Source of the DNA: Amphiscolops sp. MND2022
Taxonomy: Eukaryota
Assembly: GCA_964187785.1 (NCBI GenBank)
Contig: OZ076409.1
Location: 31,064,001-31,128,000 of the forward strand
Length of the DNA stretch: 64,000 nt
Direction: 5' to 3'
The notes beneath the pieces are model-generated. The model did not search any database, was not told where the DNA came from, and saw only the letters and a program-made list of their open reading frames with translations. Positions 1-11,350 of this stretch are shown piece by piece. The stretch's first letter is position 1, and the number at the start of each line of letters is the position of its first letter. The position numbers and the translations under genes were made by a program.

Positions 1-612
1 CGTTTTCCATGAAAGTACGAATGAAACTTTCCTCAAGCCAAATGCAGCCATGTATGTGGGCCATACCACGAAGTTGCCATTTCCACGCGATAAGTGAAGT
101 ACATCACAGGAATAGCTCCGTCATATTCTGCTAGCACGATTGTCCTAATGAAACACTGAACTCTTTTGTTGAAGACGCGAGTAACTTGGACCACATGTTT
201 GCGAAGAATCTCTGATCTTGAAATATGCTTCCGAGCAATAAATTCTTCGAATGGAATTCCATCAATAAAAACGCTATTCACAACTCCATCATCACAGAAT
301 TGCCGCTGGAAAGAAATCTGATGACCCAACGACTTTAGAATGCTAATGGACACTTCCGGCCAACGGGATTCAGCGCAAGAAAGAGTGAAAAACATGAAAA
401 GGACCCAACTGTTTAATTTTTGCCAACATTTCCGATCGCGCAACTCTCCAGTATTGACTGGTACCTCGAAGACGTTGAAACACTGACTGAACGTCAGTTT
501 GATTTACGCCATATAACCCATCACCTTGCACTCCAACTATCCCTTTCCTCAAAAAAAGGTCGCAACTTTTCTCTAGTTGTTCTCTCTCAACTCTTTGCTG
601 TGCTGCAAACAA
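1..612 (-). pseudogene. Helitron/Helentron RepHel, Rep (HUH endonuclease) region, frameshifted; runs off window start
   Basis: Stitched frames read LRGTSQYW...EMLAKIKQLGP / FFTLSCAESRWPE ... YFTYRVE / WQLRGMAHIHGCIWL. These are Rep motif 1 and the HUH (H-I-H) motif 2 typical of Helitron Rep. There are at least two frameshifts. Confidence 0.9.
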
Positions 613-1900
613 ATACGTTCCAATTTATTTCGGACAGACATTGCAGGCATTTTACCATTCTTTAACGACTTCGAGCATGCCCAGCACACGTGAAGAGTCT
701 TCTCTGGATTGCTGCTATACAATTTCTGTTCAGGCAACAAAATATCATCATCGTAATTCTTCCATTCCCGCACACATTCCTCGAAAAGCACCCTTTCATA
801 ACTAGAACAAACGAAAATCAATCCTGGAATCATTTGACTTCGAAAACAAAGTTGAGAGGCAAATGTTGGCATCAATTGCTCGAATTCACGAAGTATTGAT
901 TGCTCCTTTTCAAAAGTGTTTCCATTCTGGAGGACATGGGATTTTATAGCTTTTAATTGTTTGACCTGAATGCCACGTTTCGGCATATTACGGTACTTTT
1001 CAGCGAGCTGACTTCTCAAAGTTGTTTTGTACTTTTCTTTCAATTGCACTCTCAGATAAGCTCGATAATTCTCCTTCAGCTGTGATTCCAATACTTCAGT
1101 GTGTTTCTGTTTCAATCGCATTCGAAGATGATCTTTGTAACGACGTCTCAGCTTGAAGGCCAACTGTGACTTGTATTTCATCTGTAGAACTTCTTTCAGC
1201 TGCAGTTTGTATTTCATTTGCATCTGCTCTTTCAACTGGAATTTGTATTTCTTTTGCATCCATTCTCTCAATTCCAGCTGGTATTTCAACTTCATACGTT
1301 CTTTCAGTTGCATTTTGTATTTCAACTTCATACGTTCTTTCAGGTGCATTTTGTACTTCAACTTCAAACGGTCTTGCATCTGCATTCTGTATTTCAATTG
1401 TAAAGGTTCTTTAATCGAAGTTTGATATAATTGTTTTCTTTTTTCTCTCGTTTTTCTGTAGTAGGTCTGATTTTTTTTCAAAACTGGTTCCTTTCCATTA
1501 ATTTTCCTTTCCACTTGAGATTGACTTCGTATCCAGTTATTAAACGCGCTGTAGTATACTTTACAGGTGCTTCGAGAAAAATGTGCTTTCGCGTTTTTCT
1601 GATCCGTGAAAATTGAACCGCAGGAAACACACGGTTTGCTGAGGGATTCTTCGAAACTTTCGGCAAAATTGAGGGACTCACTATTAGGCGTTGTGATGCA
1701 GCGAGTGGCATCTACCTTTCCACATTTCGTTCGTTTCCTGTGTCTAGCGAGATGTGACTCAATGAAAAAAACTTTGCGACAAGACGGGCAAATCCATGAA
1801 GATTGAGTGCTGTGAGGATTGAGAGAACTCGCAGAACATGACCAATTTTGATCGTCCGAGTGAGCTTGCGAGAGACCAAATGATTCAGGACCGTTTATCA
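573..1900 (-). pseudogene. N-terminal part of the Helentron RepHel: two C2H2-like fingers, 12-aa K/Q/E repeat, pre-Rep Cys motifs
   Basis: ORF 573..2093 contains CPSCRKVF..HLARH and CVSCGSIF..KAH, then (KYKxQLKExMxL)n, then FVCSS.ERVLF and HVCWACSKSLKNGKMPAMSVRNKL. The last resembles the CxxC..GKxP..N motif ahead of Rep in Helentron-type proteins. Confidence 0.7.
1150..1410. repeat. 36-bp coding tandem repeat (~7 copies)
   Basis: Recurrent ttgtatttcaacttcatacgttctttcag-like units; the protein period is 12 aa (LKYKMQLKERMK). Confidence 0.85.
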
Positions 1901-2610
1901 AGTACATTGAAGGGGAGGCCATGGGGGAGACAAGCATCATGCATGATAGATCGATAGAAGTTACTCGATGAGCAGTCGTTGTGGAACTGTTGACTTTCGT
2001 ATGAGTAATTGTTAAGGCAGAAATCGATTTGGAGTTCTCCCTGATCAGAAAGAACGAAGCAGTCAATGATACTAGCTGGTATTTCCACAACAAATCCTTT
2101 TATTCCTGGGTACATGAACTTATTGAAAAGAAACTGAGTGTGACAATCCACAGAGCTGAAGCCAACGGGGGTTCCCATTACATGTGTGTGAATCCATCCC
2201 AAAACTTTCCCATGGAGACATAGTTTGTTCAAAAAGACAGATGAATCCATTCCGTCGATTCTTAAACATTCAAATTTTTCTCGTTCTCAAAAAGCGAGAG
2301 TATATGATCCGAAGCATACAGTAAGCTAAGCATTAGGGTTCTGTTCTAAACGTTCTCAAGTAGACAAATTTATGAAGAAACAATGCGAAACGTTTTGAAA
2401 CTTACCAATGTCTTCGACGTGAGTGTAAGACGCTGATTGACAGGGCAGGACCATATCTGTGACAATCTCAGTAGCACCATTTTCCTTCCCTACAAAGAAG
2501 GCCAGTAACTCGATATTGTTACCTTTCTCGTCAACGGTTGCAACCGATAAATTCAGGAAACGGATGAAATGTTCATGTGGAAGACAGAACATAGATCTAA
2601 AAGAGAGCAA
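1885..2610 (-). pseudogene. JAMM/MPN+ (AMSH/STAMBP-like) metallo-deubiquitinase domain, two exons, co-linear with RepHel
   Basis: Exon 1 is LPHEHFIRFL..NIELLAFFVGK..VTDMVLPCQ, with a GTAAG donor at 2405. Exon 2 is VLGWIHTH..FSSVDCHTQ, matching the JAMM E...HxH-x7-S-x2-D pattern. The acceptor near 2261 is out of phase or mutated. Confidence 0.75.
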
Positions 2611-2700
2611 TTTCTTGAGAACGATTCACTGAATCTTCATGTGAAAACTGAAAGGAACAGTGTAAACGTTTTTTGTTACTCGGAGGAGCAATAAAAACTC

Positions 2701-3070
2701 TATTCCAGACAAAAACTGAATACACTAATCAAATTCTGTTAGTCTTACAGCATGACATGCAGTATTAAACAAAACATCAAACTAATTTCAACCGAAACCT
2801 ACTTTGAGCGCACGCGAACAATTTGAACTCAAAAGCTGGTGATAAAGATGACACAAATTGTAAAAGCAGACAATGCAAATTGTTAAAGCAGCAATTTAAA
2901 AAAAATAATCCAGATAAAAACTGAATACATTAAAACAAATTGTTAGTCATACATCATTACATGCAGTATTAGACAACACATCAACAAACTAATTTCAACC
3001 GAAACCTAATTTGAGCTCACGCGGAGCGTTTGAGCTCAGACAGACAATGCAAATTGTTAAAGCACCAATT
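2701..3070. repeat. Local imperfect ~200-bp direct duplication
   Basis: ccaga.aaaaactgaatacac...acatgcagtatta...aaactaatttcaaccgaaaccta...cagacaatgcaaattgttaaagca occurs at ~2704-2890 and ~2909-3064. Confidence 0.85.
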
Positions 3071-3152
3071 TTCAACAAGTAAACTGACCGACTCTGGAAA
3101 GTAATTTAAACCGAGCAAGAAACCCTCCATGAATACCAAATTTTGGGAGATA

Positions 3153-3859
3153 TCAGTCCAATCTAAAGGCAGCAAACTTGTTGATGACGCTTTCAAGTAT
3201 TAAAAAGTTCAAATTATAGTTCGACAAAGGGTCGTAAAAGTTATCAGCGCAGTAAAAGAGAAACGGAACTTCGCAGTAATTGTAAGAACCGTTCGTAGAA
3301 TTCTCCAAAAGAAGTTCGTTTGTTTTTTCGAGTTCCGCGAAACAACTGTCATCTGATGGACGTATCAGAACAACAATGTGGACAAGTTCAACTTTGTGAC
3401 GCATAAAATCTGCTAAACGTTGAAGTTGCTTATACACCTGGAAAAGAAAAGCTATAACATAATTTCAAAGAAATAGTTACTGAGCAAAAATTTCAACTAT
3501 ATCTTGAAAACAAGTTGGTAATATCCGATCCGAACACGTTAGATATAACCGAAAGATGCTATGAGTTCAAATAAAATAAATCACATGAGAAAAAACGTTC
3601 GAAGAACTCTTGCAATTAGTAAAAAACATTGAAAAACAGGGCTTAAACCCGATTTCCTGGTCTCGGTCTCTCCACCCCAAAATTTGAGGTCGTTACCGTC
3701 GATAAGAAAAATAATGTGGTCATACTGAGCATTTCGCAGTGTCCGCAGCAGTTTTCTTATAGCGTAATCATCGGTGCGTGCTGAATCAAAAACACGAACA
3801 TCAGTTGAAGGCAATACAAAACCTTCAGCCATAGAATCAGCAATGAGTAAAACTTTCAT
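3153..3859 (-). CDS. SGNH/GDSL hydrolase-like gene 1 (two exons; probably catalytically degenerate)
   Basis: Exon 1 is MKVLLIADSM..IIFLIDGNDL (block I and III like). Exon 2 starts after a ttttccag acceptor at 3437 (VYKQLQRL...). The donor is uncertain and there is no clear DxxH in block V. Confidence 0.6.
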
Positions 3860-6733
3860 CAGGAAATTCAAATTGGAACTGAAAAGATTAAATAAATACA
3901 AAATCTCGTTGAAAATTCAAGTCACCGCCAAAATTTGCCATCATATTACTCTAAAGTGATTGAAACTAATGCACAACGAAAAACTGAATATGTTCAAAAT
4001 AGTGCGGACGTTTAAAAGCTAGTTGACAAAAAGACTAGCGTAGATAAACTACTGCTATTTTCAAAAAACTCCCTCAATATTTTGCACAAAAGGTTTCCGC
4101 AAACATTTTAGAAAATAGAAACATTATGATTACTGAAAAGAGTTGAGGTAAAAAAACAAATTCAGGTAAAACAATAACAACGCAATTCAGTTGATTTAAT
4201 ACAACAATTAATTTTTACCAGGTAGAAATTAACTTGATCAAAATCAGTATTTGAAAAAATTTGAAGGTTTGTAGTGTTATTTTTGGTACAAGAAAAACCA
4301 ACTAAACAGGCGTCGCAAATGAAAGGTGTGGCGTAGGCTTTGCAAAAAGAACAAGGAAACATCGAAAATCATTTGGTCAGTTGCAGGAAGAGTGCCAGAT
4401 GTAAGAACACCACGCGATGCATTTGGTATTCCACAAGAACCATTATTGAGCACACGACGAACAAACAACACCACGCGGAGCTTTTGGTGTCGTTGTATAT
4501 TATTTTGATAGATAGGTTCGTTCCAGAGAGAAAGTTGTACGCAAACTAGGAATCAGCTTCAAAACAACAAGAAAGGTCACAATTCACAGATAAAAACTGA
4601 ATACACCAAAAAAATTAAACAACACAATGAACAAACTAATTTAAAATGTAAACGTTACAAAAGGAATAAAAGCAGCTGCGTAAGCGATTCTTTGAACCAT
4701 GTTCTTTATGAAGAACGCTACCAATTCCGCAAAAATTCTACTAAAAGAAACGTAAAAGCGGCAAAACCGAACGTACGTAACAAAAGCATCAACTCATGCT
4801 GCTTGTAATTGACTAACTTTTACATGTTTTAGTGATCACTATCACTTGTGAAGAATTCTTTATAGAGATTGCTTCTCCTGTTTCGGGACGATTTTCGGAT
4901 TTTCTCTGTGAAACATTCCGCTATCTTGGATTTCTCAACACCCTGTTCGGAAACAGGAAGTTGAACTCTTCCTGCAGCTTATTGATTTTGTTCAACATCA
5001 GGTATGGTGCAATGGAGTTCATTCGGGACAATTTCGTTCCCTTTTTCAATATCATCGTGATCTTCTTCTATAATGGGCAAGGCCGCAATAGCGTCGTCTA
5101 CAGAGCTGCCTCCAAAAGAAGCGTAGGATATATTATCAGTAGCAACAGTTCCGAATGTGGAGGTGGAGCAGGCACGTATTGTGCCTTTAGCTTTTCTCGA
5201 CCAGGCACATGTTCTGTCTTTTTTCTTCTTCGAGGTTGCAACAGAACCAGAATTAGGCGTGACAACCGTTTCTCGTTTACTAATTTGTGGTGTCTTTGAG
5301 CTTTTGCCGGATAACAATTTTTTTGAACGAAGAATTTGGAGTGCTCTCAATCGATTTATTTCAGAGCGACTGGAGGACTGATTATTCGAAGATTCGATTT
5401 CTAGCCTGTTTTTCACTCGAGCAGCTGTGTTTTTAGCATGGGACATTGCTCTATCGATGCCAGACAGCAGCAGTTTCTCACCATCGAAAAGAGCTGGACA
5501 GTCTTTAACACGAGACGATGTGGGTCGCTCTATAATGGCATTCCTGAAAAGCGCTCTGGCTGTAAAGAAATATCGTGCATTGTCTCAAGTTCATTGAGCA
5601 GTTTTGAGACAATTGATCGGTCGGCGGTACTATGAACTGCAGCCATGTCAGCACTCTAAAACGTAACCGAACTGTAGGAGGAATTGCACAATAATTCAAT
5701 TTGAAGAATCACGGAAATGACAAAAAACTAATATGATCGATTGCGCAATTTGAAATCGTTGTAAAAAAATAGAGTGATTGTTCATTGTAAACGTATTCAT
5801 TCTCGAACGACTGGTTTGATAGTGAAAAAACTGCGATACGCGATTAAGAATTTTCTGCGATTGCGCCATTTCTGGAGAAACAAACGAAAACCTTGTAATT
5901 CATTACTTGACAAACGAAAGTAGAATATTTTTCCATGCCTTCGTTGGATATGCCTTCTCATGAGCACTATTGAATGGTCATCAACGTTGTAACACAGCCT
6001 CAATAAAATGTCCGTGATACTTATAATAATTGTATTTAAGTCTCTATTGACGACAGCTAACAAAAAAGTTTCGACTTGAAACATTTGTACGCCGCCGTTG
6101 AAAATTGAATGCACTTGCTAAAGCTTGCAATGAAAAAATGACGAAACAACAAAAATGTTCAAAAACGTTTTCCAGATTGATATAATTGAGGCATTATTCT
6201 AAACCATATTTTTCAACCAGCACACGCGAAGCATTTGGCCAGTCAATCAATACGCTCAGAAAATTGCCGGAAGTTGCTAACAAACCAAGTATCAAAAAAC
6301 TGCCTCTTTTCGAAAAAAAAGCGAAAGCAAATAATCGTTAATCGACAACTTGATATACACAAAACTAATCAAAACCTATTTGTTGTAAATCATCAACAAC
6401 AGCTCAACAAAACATGCAGGCGAATTCAAAATGTATCAATTGTAATCAGTAATAATAATAATTGTAATCATAAAAAAATAATAAATGATCAAACACACAA
6501 GTGCTCAACAAAAAAGACAGTGAAGTCCAAATGTAACAATTGTTACCAATAACTCTCAAACAACAATAGAATATAAAAAAAACACAATGCTAACCAAAAC
6601 AAGGCAGTGAAATCCAAATTCCAACTGAACCAAATGTTACCAATGTTTTTAAGTGAAAATTATCAAAAACTCCGCACCAATCAAGTTTTGTCTTTCTGAA
6701 ACCTGTTATTTGCACACAACAGTGCTTCAACTT

Positions 6734-7604
6734 TCAATGTCCCTCACTAATCGGGCTTTTCCCATGGTTCTTAATCATGAGTACTTTCTCGTGAATCAAG
6801 CGGGTGAATTGACGACATCCTCGTTCATTGATATGTACTCCGTCAACGTTCAATAAAAATTTTGTGTTCCCACTGAAATAATTCCCAATCCCGACATATC
6901 TATAGGTTTGTTTCAAACAACCTAACTCCTCGGGTTGTTGAATGAATGTGGAGATTGTCTCTGAAAATTCTTCGGTTTCACCAGGTGAATCTGAACTGTA
7001 CCATCTACGGGGTAGTCCGATGACAAACAAAGCAATTCCGTAATTTGCGTTTAGAGATTCAGTCAGGTCATCCACACGATCGATCACCTAAACTTTTACC
7101 AATTGCAAAATAAGGGGAGCAATCTATTTCAAAACTCAAAGGGAACTACGAACCGTAACCGGTCATCCATATTTATGTTTTATAATGATGGTAACATGTG
7201 TCAAATTATAATACGCACAATCATCAATCAGCACACGCGGAGCATTTGGCCAGTCAATCATCATGCTCAAACATGCTAAAAAGTGAAAACTTTGAAAGAC
7301 TTACTGTCAACGTTGACTCTACAATGTCTGCTTTCCAATCATGGAGGTTGTTACCTCCTAGCAGTAGACACACCTTAATGTAGTTTTCGATTTTCTCATC
7401 CATCATTTTCAGGTATTCAGCAATGTCCTGGACGCGGGCGCCCGCTATCGAAACACAATCATATCGTTGGTTGTTTATGTCTTTGAGGAGACTACTCCCC
7501 ACCACCAGCGTCTCATTCGAATTGTCCTTAGACATCCATTGCCGTACCCGAAAAGACTTTGAGCCAATTTGGCTGTAAGTGATCGTTTCAACCATATCAG
7601 ACAT
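6734..7604 (-). CDS. SGNH/GDSL hydrolase gene 2, intact, join(7604..7305,7087..6734), ~217 aa
   Basis: Motifs are VVGSSLL (block I Ser), IAGARV (II), LLLGGNNL (III) and DGVHINERG (V). A canonical phase-0 GTAAGT...TTTAG intron at 7304-7088 joins ESTLT|VIDRV in frame. Confidence 0.8.
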
Positions 7605-8204
7605 CTTAAAATAGAATATGAATGTTAAAGCCAAATAGTAATTTGAATCAATGTAGGTAGAAACATCTGATAATGCTATTGAGTGGAACACCTAAAAACG
7701 CACGATTCGAACTAATCAAAAAGAAAACGCAAAAAGGAAACCATTAAGTAATATATGATTTTTGAACTGATAAGTGAGACAACCATTAGGAAATACCATT
7801 TGTTAAGCAATAAAAAAATCATTCATCATAAACTAAGAAGCTCAGTTTGGAGAAGCAATAAACAATCGGTCCTTAATTAGTTTTTATTTGCCTCACCGCC
7901 CCTTGAGGCAGATCTACACCTTTTGCCTCGGGTTGACATTCGCAACCGTCAGCGAGGTCCATGGAACCCCCTCTGAAAAGAACAGGGCCAAGAAAAAATA
8001 CTTACCTTTTGCAATTATTTCGGGGTCCCGACTGTAGACGTAGCTTTCACTAAACATACTTCAACGCGTTTATGTTAATAGAAAAATTTTGAACAAGGTA
8101 GAAACGGTTCAATACTGAAAATTTTTATTTTTAACATTCTCGAAAATTGCTCTCAAATGTCTACTTTCAGGTGTCATCAGTCCATCATTTCTGCTTCCAA
8201 CGTC

Positions 8205-8765
8205 TCCAAACATATCTAAGGCTCAAAAATAGCAAAAGGACTTCAATGTGTCAAGTACTCTCCTCTACAGTACCCGAAAAAAAACTCAAAAGGACTTCAA
8301 TGTGTCAAGTACTCTCCTCTACAGTACCCGAAAAAAATTTCCAAAATTTTCTTGAATTTTGTTGAAGTTTCTGGTAAGTCGCATTGTGCCGAAAAATGTG
8401 AAAGGGGCCCTTTGGGAGTTTTTCAACATCCATTCATTTGCAAAATAGAAAAAAATGAAGGGTGGACCCTTTGGAGACATTTTTTAAAAAAAATTAAAAT
8501 TGTGCGAAAAAAGTCTCACAAAGCGGAAAAAAAGCTGCTCAAAAAAGTTTTGGTCAAGGGCGGGACTCGGAACCATGTCCTTCCGCTTGGCAGACCTCAA
8601 AAAGTCGTAACCTCTATGCCAAATGCCAGTGACGTAGTGTGGCACTGTTTAGTGTTAGTGCCGTTAGTGCCGGTCAACTTATAGAACTTATAAAATCTGT
8701 CAGTTCGTTGGTCTTAAAAAAAGTCACTACTATAGTCTGCGTTTTTCTACGAAAAGCGCCGACCG
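8205..8765 (+). mobile_element. Non-autonomous interspersed repeat (HINE/DINE-like), copy 1
   Basis: Shares catatctaaggct.aaaaatagcaaaaggact...cagtacccgaaaa and the 3' hairpin tagtctgcgttttt-ctac-gaaaagcgc.gac with the inverted copy at 49870-50238. It has an internal ~54-bp duplication at 8233-8336. Confidence 0.7.
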
Positions 8766-8769
8766 AAAA

Positions 8770-10330
8770 TAGAAGTCGTTACTCACAATACTACACAGGT
8801 ACTGGAGCCACATCACACCAGAATCTATTACCAAAACATCTCGTACGAGAATTTCTCGAAGCCTCACATGGTCCCAATTGGAGCCATCCATGCATTACGA
8901 AGATGGTACATTTATAATACTTGGTACCCATGTTTCGCTGAAAACATCAAAAAATGGGTGAGAGTCAAACGTGTATACAAAACACACGAATCAACAATGG
9001 CCTTCGCCGAACTGAGTTCTTCAAGTGTCCAGATTGGGAACTAGGTCCGAAGAACATACTGCAGATGGATGTCCTCATAAATGTCCCACCTAGCGGGAGT
9101 ATGACCTCATCATAACAGCCAATGTTGTCTTTTCTCGATGCCTGTTAGCATATCCAGTAACACGCAATACTGCAACTGCGATGGCGCGAGAAATTTTGCA
9201 CATTTTACGCAAACATACACACCTTCCTGCAACTATAATCATAGACCTTAAGTAACCCATGAAGTTGCAGCAGTCCTTGGAATTGAGCTAAAACATGCTA
9301 CCATGAAGCATACTCAAAAGACAGGACTTTCCGATAGAACACATGCTTCAGTGAAAACATCTTATGCTGATACGGGGGAAAGTGGAAACAATTGGTAGAA
9401 ATTTCTCCCCTTAGCAGTCCTCAATTACAATGCAACATACCTTGCATCTATTGGTTGTGAACCCTCACTAGTTTTCGATGGTAGAATACCACAGAACGTA
9501 CTTGACTACAAACTCGGATATAACCTCAATCCTAGATACCACTCGCAAACAGATGTTGCAGGGAAAGTGCGAAGAAGAATGGAGGTACTTCTTTACCAAA
9601 CGAAGAAGAATATAGCGCGAATATATCTCAAATACGAAGTCTATTGTGATAGAAAAGCAAAAACCACTGACTTAGAAACAAACGACTTTTGCTACATACT
9701 AAATCCGAAAGGAGATACACAAGCTACAAAACTCCCATTTCGGGAATTAAGATAACTCGGACCATACAAGATTGAAATGGTCCTACCCAATAACAATTAC
9801 ATAGTTAGAAAGTTAGGAACTAACATGACACAACTACTACACTGAATCTGTTTGCAAAATTTCAGTCAACAAGGGCCTCTTGCAGAAATTTTCGTCCGTG
9901 AAACACATTGGCAGAAAGATGCTCAAATGCCATAGCGCATTTGGTACCTATTTGCTCAAACATGGAATACAAATTTCAGTCCTAACCTTTTTGAATATAC
10001 TCTTCCAGATTATTCTTTAAAAAATTGAAGATACAGAATGCGTACCTATCGAAATACTAGAAAATGACCACATACTTTCCGTGAAATTTCAAAAAATAGC
10101 GGGTAAGCTCATTGTAACAAACCACTGAACCCGAAAGAGAAAACGAGGATGAAATTACCCAAGAAACACACGATATCAAATTAGTTACTCAAAAACCCCA
10201 TGAAGACAGAAACACACAGCAGAAAAACAAACCCAAAAAAACTCCAGAAAACTATCAACTTACCCCGTTGCAAGAAAATTCCTTAAATACTCGTGGTGAA
10301 AAATACACATACGACCCATCCCAACCCAAA
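8770..10330 (+). pseudogene. Decayed Ty3/Gypsy pol 3' region (integrase and C-terminal tail)
   Basis: Fragments LLPKHLVREFLEASHG..HPCITKM, ELGPKNILQMDV, FLPLAVLNYN..SIGCEPSLVFDGRIP and LGPYKIE, with many stops and frameshifts. Confidence 0.75.
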
Positions 10331-10747
10331 TGTCTTCCATGTACTCACACTCATCCAGTTACTAATAACAAACTCCAAACTAAAGCCATCTTTTCCTCTT
10401 CTCTTCGTTCTGACCTTTTGCAGAACGTTTTTCTCGCTTGCCCAACTATGCATATTTGAAATAGGTACACACAACTGCAGAGAGCATAAAAGAATGAGTA
10501 GATACTTTACCAGTAATACAAAATTCCCATCGGAAGTTTAATACAAGAAGTCTAATTCCTTTTCATTTTGCTGGACTTTGTGCTTTTGGATACATTAGCA
10601 CTGTTAGCTGTAATTGGTTGTGATGGCGACACACGAAGGGAACGACAGCAATGAACATGATTTGCAATTTTAAGAGGGGTATATTTTTTCACCGGGGAAC
10701 GTCTAGGCGATTTCCGGGTTGATCCGAGTTCAACTGAAGCAAAATCG

Positions 10748-11350
10748 TTAGCTACTGAAAAGGAAACAGAAGCATACTGTCGTAAGCTTGGTCTGTGGGT
10801 TCACATTAGAACGACCACGGATGGGCTCACTTTGTGAATTATCTCTAGACTTACCACAGCGGTTGTCTTCGGTATCAATTTCCGGTCTCTCGGCCAGAAC
10901 GTTCCATCTGTTTTGTGTCAAGTGGCCTGATCCGGACCTTAAAGCATTCTGGATTTGGGGCAAAGTTTGATTACTAATTGCATCACTAATAGCCCTTTGG
11001 ATCTGCATATTGACACTGGGCATCATCTCGTCCATTTTCCTAGTCAATCTCGAGTTCAACTCACTTGATAATCTATTGTTCTCAGCGTTTAAATTTTCAC
11101 TGGCTGAATTGTGTCCCGGAACTGCATTGTTACCGAATCCCATGTCTTTATGATTCGAATATATGTTCTCATTGTTGTTTCCAAACGTGTTACTGTTGGC
11201 ACTTTCAGGTCTTCTGACCGAATTGCTATTAACACTTTCCTCTCTCTCAGAATGTCTCTCACCTAACATTATGTCTAGATTATCGATGTCTGAAAGTATT
11301 TCAAGCCATCTAGACTTTCTAGCTTTCTTCTGCTTTCTAGGGTTAGGCAT
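10748..11350 (-). CDS. Antisense ORF (200 aa, N/S-rich, predicted coiled-coil) downstream of Gypsy pol, copy 1
   Basis: Open ORF MPNPRKQKKARKSR...; lies antisense to the pol remnant. Confidence 0.5.
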   Translation of the reverse strand: MPNPRKQKKARKSRWLEILSDIDNLDIMLGERHSEREESVNSNSVRRPESANSNTFGNNNENIYSNHKDMGFGNNAVPGHNSASENLNAENNRLSSELNSRLTRKMDEMMPSVNMQIQRAISDAISNQTLPQIQNALRSGSGHLTQNRWNVLAERPEIDTEDNRCGKSRDNSQSEPIRGRSNVNPQTKLTTVCFCFLFSS

